Source of the DNA: a bacterium
GTDB lineage: Bacteria > Acidobacteriota > Blastocatellia > HR10
NCBI GenBank assembly: GCA_041640655.1
Contig: JBEPZV010000040.1
Location: 1-19,279, forward strand
Direction of reading: 5' to 3'
Length of the DNA: 19,279 bases
Part shown: positions 14,651-19,279 of the stretch, in pieces
Numbering within the stretch: position 1 is the first letter of the stretch
Layout of the letters: each line of letters starts with the position of its first letter
The notes under the pieces: model-generated
What the model was told of the DNA's origin: nothing
What the model saw: only the letters and a program-made list of their open reading frames with translations
Databases searched by the model: none
Position numbers and translations under genes: made by a program

Positions 14651-16504
14651 CTAAAAGGCGCGACGCCGCTCCGGAATGACCTTCAGAAGGAGCCGTTCGC
14701 CCCGACGCGAGACCAAAATCTCCACCTCTTCTCCCGCTTTCAACTCCTGGAGGGCATAGGTGTAGTCGTAGACGTTCCGAATCTCTCGCGATCCGACGCG
14801 GAGGATCACGTCGCCGACCTGCAGTCCCGCCTTTTCGGCTGGGCTCCCGGGTCGAACACCGGCGATCTTCACCCCATCGGTGGATTCAGCGTAGTCGGGG
14901 ATCGTCCCAATGTACACGCGGAATCCCGAAGCCACGGCTTCTCGTGTCTCCTCCCTCACGCGCACGAAGGCCGGACGCGTCGGTTGACGATCCAGCTCCT
15001 GCACGAGCGCATAGGCGAGCGAGATGATGCGCTCGGTCCCCTCGGCAGTGATCTTCTCCGCGTCGTCTGAGGGCTTGTGATAATCCTCGTGAACGCCGGT
15101 GAAGAAGTGCAGCACGGGGATGCCTCTCAGGTAGAACGACGTGTGATCGCTCGGACCGACCCCGTCATCGCGAATCCTCAGGTTCAACCGAATGGCTTCA
15201 TTCGCGCGTTGGAGCGCACTCGCCCAAAAGGGAGAAGTTCCGACGCCAGAAACGATGACGCCACTCTCGCGCAGTCGCCCGATCATATCGAAGTTGAGCA
15301 TGGCGACCGTACGCTCCAGCGGAAGGATCGGATGTTTCACATAATGATTGGAACCGAGGAGCCCCAACTCTTCGGCCGAGAAGGCAATGAAAAGGATGCT
15401 GCGCCGAAGGGACGAGCGAACGGCCGCCAGCGCTTGAGCCAATTCGAGTAAACCGGCCACACCCGAAGCATTATCGTCAGCGCCGTTATGCACCTCCCCG
15501 ATCTTATCGGGAGCCAGCGAGTGCTCCCCACCAAGCCCGAGATGATCGTAGTGAGCCCCGATGACGATGACTTCGTCTTTGAGGACGGGATCATTCCCCT
15601 CGAGCAATCCCACGACATTGGCCGTCTGACGCGTCTCCTTTCTCACATCCGCATATCCGACGAGGCGAACCCCGGAGAGCGTGAACGCGCGCGATGTTTG
15701 TGTTGAAGCCAGCGCGCGCTCTCGCTCGGCGAGGTCCTCTCCAGCAGCCCGCATGAGCTCAGCCGCTGCAGCGCGCCCGAGAAGGAGAACGGGAAGGCCG
15801 GCATCTCCGAACATATGATCGTAACCGAGAGCTGCGAGCCGATCGTCCTCAGCCTTCTCTTCGGTGGCGATGAAGATGACGCCGCGTGCGCCCTTCTCCC
15901 GAGCCGTGGCGATCTTCCGCTGAGGCGCCCGATGCGCGTGGAATCGCCCGTGCGGATCGTGACCGTCCGGCCCTCCTTGAAGGATGAGGAGGATCTTCCC
16001 GCTGACTTCGAGGTTCGCATAATCGTCATATCCCAGCTCGGGAGCTGAGATGCCATATCCCACAAAGACCACCTCTCCTTCGACGGTCCCGCTACTGGAG
16101 AAGGCGAGCGGCAGGAAGTCTCGTCCGAGGGCGAAGTCTCGCTCTCCTTCTCTCGCCCTCATCCGAAGCCGATTCATCGGTCCCGGCATGATGCGAGCGA
16201 CGAACGTGAAGCGTTGCTCGAACGTCCCGCCGTCGCCCACGGGTTTCAACCCGTACGTGCGGAACGCCTCGGCGATATACCGGGCCGCTCGATCAGCGCC
16301 TTCGGTCCCCGCTGCTCGCCCCCGCAGGTCATCCGATGCGAGAAATCGGACATGGGCGCGAATCTCTTCGGCCGTGATGGCGGCCTCTCCCCGAGGCCGA
16401 GGGTCTTCACCGAGAATCGCGTTACTGCCCAGCGCAGCCAAGAGGATCGCCCAGAGGACCCACACTATTGGAGACCTTCTCCCCATCAGGTGCGTCAGCT
16501 CCAT
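14651..16504 (-). CDS. Secreted M28-family metallo-aminopeptidase with PA insert and C-terminal PDZ domain
   Basis: Start ATG 16504 with AAAGGAGG RBS; signal peptide. FLASDDLRGR; PA motif FVGYG...DDY; Zn-site motifs GAHYDH, GADDNASG, AEELGLLGS, NFDMIG, SDH and YHKPSD; PDZ YIGTIP...GSPAEKAGLQVGDVI. Confidence 0.93.
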   Translation of the reverse strand: MELTHLMGRRSPIVWVLWAILLAALGSNAILGEDPRPRGEAAITAEEIRAHVRFLASDDLRGRAAGTEGADRAARYIAEAFRTYGLKPVGDGGTFEQRFTFVARIMPGPMNRLRMRAREGERDFALGRDFLPLAFSSSGTVEGEVVFVGYGISAPELGYDDYANLEVSGKILLILQGGPDGHDPHGRFHAHRAPQRKIATAREKGARGVIFIATEEKAEDDRLAALGYDHMFGDAGLPVLLLGRAAAAELMRAAGEDLAERERALASTQTSRAFTLSGVRLVGYADVRKETRQTANVVGLLEGNDPVLKDEVIVIGAHYDHLGLGGEHSLAPDKIGEVHNGADDNASGVAGLLELAQALAAVRSSLRRSILFIAFSAEELGLLGSNHYVKHPILPLERTVAMLNFDMIGRLRESGVIVSGVGTSPFWASALQRANEAIRLNLRIRDDGVGPSDHTSFYLRGIPVLHFFTGVHEDYHKPSDDAEKITAEGTERIISLAYALVQELDRQPTRPAFVRVREETREAVASGFRVYIGTIPDYAESTDGVKIAGVRPGSPAEKAGLQVGDVILRVGSREIRNVYDYTYALQELKAGEEVEILVSRRGERLLLKVIPERRRAF

Positions 16505-16558
16505 CTCTTCCTCCTTTCGTTTCGCCGGTGAACGCTTTTTAAGCGTACGGCGAAGATG

Positions 16559-16587
16559 TTGCGAGGCGCAAGGTTTTCTGCTATCAC
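16559..16587 (+). promoter_or_regulatory. Possible promoter giving a leaderless alpha/beta-hydrolase mRNA
   Basis: TTGCGA-N17-TATCAC with TG extension, 8 nt before ATG 16596; no SD present. Confidence 0.4.
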
Positions 16588-16595
16588 ACCGTGCT

Positions 16596-17222
16596 ATGGG
16601 ACTCATGCTGCCATCGTCAGTCGGACCGCTGGAAGCGATCCTCGAAGAGGGATCATCGTCCGATCCGAAGGCCGTCGCCATCCTGTGCCATCCCCATCCT
16701 CAATACGGGGGGACGATGCACAACAAGGTCGTCGTGCGCGCGGCGCAGGCCTTTCAAGAGGCGGGCATGGCGACGCTGCGCTTCAACTTTCGCGGCGTCG
16801 GCCGCAGCGCCGGGACCTTCGACTTCGGCGAGGGCGAGCAAGAGGACGTCGCCGCTGCTATCGCCTTCATGGCCGAACGGTATCCGAAGACGCCGATCTG
16901 GCTCACTGGATACTCCTTCGGCGCGTGGGTGGGATTGAAGGTCGGCGCGCGCGATGAGCGCGTGACGACGTTGGTGGCCATTGGAGCGGCCGTCGCGCTC
17001 GCCGATTTTCGCTTTCTGGAAGAGTGCACTAAACCGAAGCTCTTCATCCACGGGACCAAGGATGAGTTCGCTCCCCTGGAGCATCTTCAGGCCCTGATGC
17101 TGACGCTGCCGGAGCCGAAGGACCTGATCCTGATTGAAGGAGCCGACCATTTCTTCACGGGCAAGCTGGAAGAATTGAAGAGCGAGCTGCTCCGCTACAT
17201 CAGGACTCACTCGCCGCTGTGA
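16596..17222 (+). CDS. Alpha/beta-fold hydrolase (COG2945-like)
   Basis: HPHPQYGGTMHNKVV, LRFNFRGVGRSAG, nucleophile elbow GYSFG, HGTKDE and GADHFF. The real start is probably ATG 16596, because the track's extension is antisense to the peptidase. Confidence 0.92.
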   Translation: MGLMLPSSVGPLEAILEEGSSSDPKAVAILCHPHPQYGGTMHNKVVVRAAQAFQEAGMATLRFNFRGVGRSAGTFDFGEGEQEDVAAAIAFMAERYPKTPIWLTGYSFGAWVGLKVGARDERVTTLVAIGAAVALADFRFLEECTKPKLFIHGTKDEFAPLEHLQALMLTLPEPKDLILIEGADHFFTGKLEELKSELLRYIRTHSPL

Positions 17223-17791
17223 CCCCGCTGCTCTTCGCGCTCGCTCTCCGTTCTCGGGGCTCGCAACGCTTCCCGCACGCGTGGGATCGCCAGCAAGCGC
17301 TTGAGTTCGCCCGGACTGAGCGGCTGCGGGCGATCGCGCACGGCATCCACAATGCAGAAGAACCCGAAGGGCTCATCCCCCGCGTTGAGCAACTGATGCG
17401 GCGTCAGCGGAGCGATATAGACCGTATCGAGAAAGCCCACGTGCCAACATTCGGAACCGGCGATGACCGTCCCCTTTCCCCGGACGACGATCACGACGTG
17501 CGCGTGCTCATGTTTCTCCAGGCTGGTGAATCCGCCGGGCTCCAGCTCGAAATATCGGAGCTGGAAATCAAGGGGTTCGGCCGACTGCCCGACGAGGACC
17601 ATACGGAGCGCCGCTGCCCAATCCTCGGACGGCGCTTTATAGGGTTCCGGCTGCACCCCCTCCCACCGATAGTCCCCGCGATGGCGATAGAGTCGAGAGC
17701 TTCGCCCGTCCCCGATCGGTGCCCGATCGGAAGCTCCCAACCACTCGCAATGAATCGGTTCGTCCACTCGTCCTTCCTCGATTGCCGCCAT
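17207..17791 (-). CDS. Cupin-domain protein
   Basis: LRYFELEPGGFTSLEKHEHAHVVIVVRGKG...YIAPLTPHQL (cupin His ligands). Alternative start GTG 17767 with GAGGAAGG RBS. The 3' end overlaps the convergent hydrolase by 16 nt. Confidence 0.9.
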   Translation of the reverse strand: MAAIEEGRVDEPIHCEWLGASDRAPIGDGRSSRLYRHRGDYRWEGVQPEPYKAPSEDWAAALRMVLVGQSAEPLDFQLRYFELEPGGFTSLEKHEHAHVVIVVRGKGTVIAGSECWHVGFLDTVYIAPLTPHQLLNAGDEPFGFFCIVDAVRDRPQPLSPGELKRLLAIPRVREALRAPRTESEREEQRGHSGE

Positions 17792-17812
17792 GTGCTCGCG
17801 CCTCGCACGCGT

Positions 17813-17841
17813 ATTCTACGCCTTTGGCTCCTCGCTTTCAA
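17813..17841 (-). promoter_or_regulatory. Sigma70-type promoter for the cupin gene
   Basis: Minus strand TTGAAA-N17-TAGAAT. Confidence 0.7.
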
Positions 17842-18047
17842 TCGCGCGCGCTCGGAGCGGGCGGCCCATGCGGAGGCAGAACGTGATGTCGTCCGCACGA
17901 ACATGGCGTGTGACCGCACGAATGGGTCGCCCCCTTCGGGTCCCAGGGCTCGCCCGCGGCTCGCCCCGAGCCACATTCGCATGCCCGCTCACGTGGGCTC
18001 TATAGCGCGCTCCTCCTACGTCGGGGGAGTCAAATCGGGGCCGTTGA

Positions 18048-18076
18048 TTGGCAGATCGCAGAGCGTGGGCTAGAAT
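18048..18076 (+). promoter_or_regulatory. Sigma70-type promoter for the dehydrogenase pair
   Basis: TTGGCA-N17-TAGAAT. Confidence 0.7.
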
Positions 18077-18090
18077 TAAGCCTTTGGCTT

Positions 18091-19137
18091 ATGGAACGGA
18101 AGCGAAACGGCATGCTGGCGAATGTCCTCGTCCAACCGGGCTTGCTGGAATTGCGAGAGGTCGAACGACCGACGCCGGGGCCGGGCGAAGTCGTCGTCAA
18201 GATTCGCGCGGCTCTGACCTGTGGGACGGATCTGAAGGCATATCTGCGCGGGCATCCGAAGATGCCGATGCCGACGCTCTTCGGGCATGAATTCGCCGGC
18301 GAAGTGGCAGAGGTCGGCCACGGTGTCCGTCAGTTCCGCGAAGGGGATGCCATCATGGCCGTGCATTCGGCACCGTGCGGATATTGCTACTATTGCCGAC
18401 GCGGCCAGGACAACCTCTGCGAGCTGACGATGAAGGCGAAAGTCCTCGGCGCTTACGCCGAGTACATTAAGATCCCGGCGCACATCGTGCAGAAGAACAT
18501 GTTCCCCAAACCGGCGACGCTCCCGTTCAATGAAGCGGCCATCTTGGAACCGCTCTCATGCGTCGTCCATGGGTTGGAGGGGCTGGACTTCGATCCTGAG
18601 GACACGGTCCTGATCATCGGTGCGGGGGCGATCGGGCTGATGCACCTGTTGCTGCTGCGCGCATTGGGGTTGGAGCGCATTCTTGTCGCCGGACGGCGCG
18701 CCTTCCGACTACGGGCAGCGCGGGAGCTGGGCGCCGCTCGCGTCATTGACGCAGAGGGCGAAGATGTGCGCCAGGTCGTTCTCGATCTCACGCAGGGGCG
18801 TGGTGCCGATACCGTCATCGAATGCACGGGACGTCCGGACGTCTGGCAACAGGCGATCGCCCTCGTTCGTCGCGGAGGAAGGGTCGTCCTCTTCGGCGGA
18901 TGTCCGTCCGGCTCCACGATCGAGCTGGACACCGGGCGCATCCATTACGATCAGATCACGCTGATCAGTCCCTTTCACTACACGCGGCGGGCCGTGCGCA
19001 AAGCCTATGAGCTGCTGTGCGAACGACGGATCGAAGTCGGACGGCTCATCACCGGCGAATACCCCCTCACGCGTCTTCTGGAGGTCTTCACGCTGCTGCA
19101 GCAAGGCAATTGCATCAAATACGCGGTGATCCCGTGA
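18091..19137 (+). CDS. Zn-dependent medium-chain dehydrogenase (L-iditol/threonine dehydrogenase-like)
   Basis: CGTD, GHEFAGEV, structural Zn motif CGYCYYCRRGQDNLC, EPLSC, Rossmann GAGAIG. Start is 18091 or 18112. Confidence 0.95.
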   Translation: MERKRNGMLANVLVQPGLLELREVERPTPGPGEVVVKIRAALTCGTDLKAYLRGHPKMPMPTLFGHEFAGEVAEVGHGVRQFREGDAIMAVHSAPCGYCYYCRRGQDNLCELTMKAKVLGAYAEYIKIPAHIVQKNMFPKPATLPFNEAAILEPLSCVVHGLEGLDFDPEDTVLIIGAGAIGLMHLLLLRALGLERILVAGRRAFRLRAARELGAARVIDAEGEDVRQVVLDLTQGRGADTVIECTGRPDVWQQAIALVRRGGRVVLFGGCPSGSTIELDTGRIHYDQITLISPFHYTRRAVRKAYELLCERRIEVGRLITGEYPLTRLLEVFTLLQQGNCIKYAVIP

Positions 19138-19160
19138 GGCCAGCGGAGGCGACATCCGAT

Positions 19161-19279
19161 ATGTCCCCCCCCGCCTCGACGATGCGCGTCGCGCGTCTCT
19201 ATGACGTTGACGACATCCGCGTGGAGGAGATGGACGTCCCTTCGGTGGGCGAACGCGAGATCTTGGTGAAGACCGTCGC
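19161..19279 (+). CDS. Second Zn-dependent dehydrogenase, N-terminal fragment (runs off the window)
   Basis: MSPPASTMRVARLYDVDDIRVEEMDVPSVGEREILVKTV is a typical MDR N-terminus. GGAGG at 19145-19149; alternative start ATG 19182. Confidence 0.75.
   Translation, partial: MSPPASTMRVARLYDVDDIRVEEMDVPSVGEREILVKTV

Overview
GC-rich bacterial chromosomal segment; the gene content (large carboxypeptidase-regulatory/TonB-dependent receptor, FecR-domain protein, M28-PA-PDZ peptidase) suggests Acidobacteriota (inference). From left to right: a truncated secreted GH127/GH146-type beta-L-arabinofuranosidase (-) behind a TonB-dependent receptor (-); a hemerythrin-domain protein (-); a ~450-nt stand-alone transcription unit (-) that the ORF track misses; TPR + C-terminal Fis-type HTH regulator 1 (-); a two-domain ThyX (-); a FecR protein (+); an SDR (-); TPR + Fis-HTH paralog 2 (-); an M28 peptidase (-); an alpha/beta hydrolase (+); a cupin (-); and two tandem Zn-dependent dehydrogenases (+, the second truncated). 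The best candidate for a new system is 7010-9129. A TPR/Fis-HTH regulator with an Asn ladder and a sharply low-GC internal TPR patch is followed by a separately promoted, terminated transcript. That transcript encodes a 30-aa hydrophobic peptide (MELWLLILFAFYRFFVQFVNVLDAGVSHGG) and then ~210 nt of near back-to-back G-U-rich hairpins. The layout resembles RRNPP/arbitrium receptor-peptide(-RNA) cassettes, but in a diderm host and with a different HTH position and type. The paralog that has no adjacent peptide has lost all four Asn residues. All function assignments come from manual motif recognition; no database searches were run.
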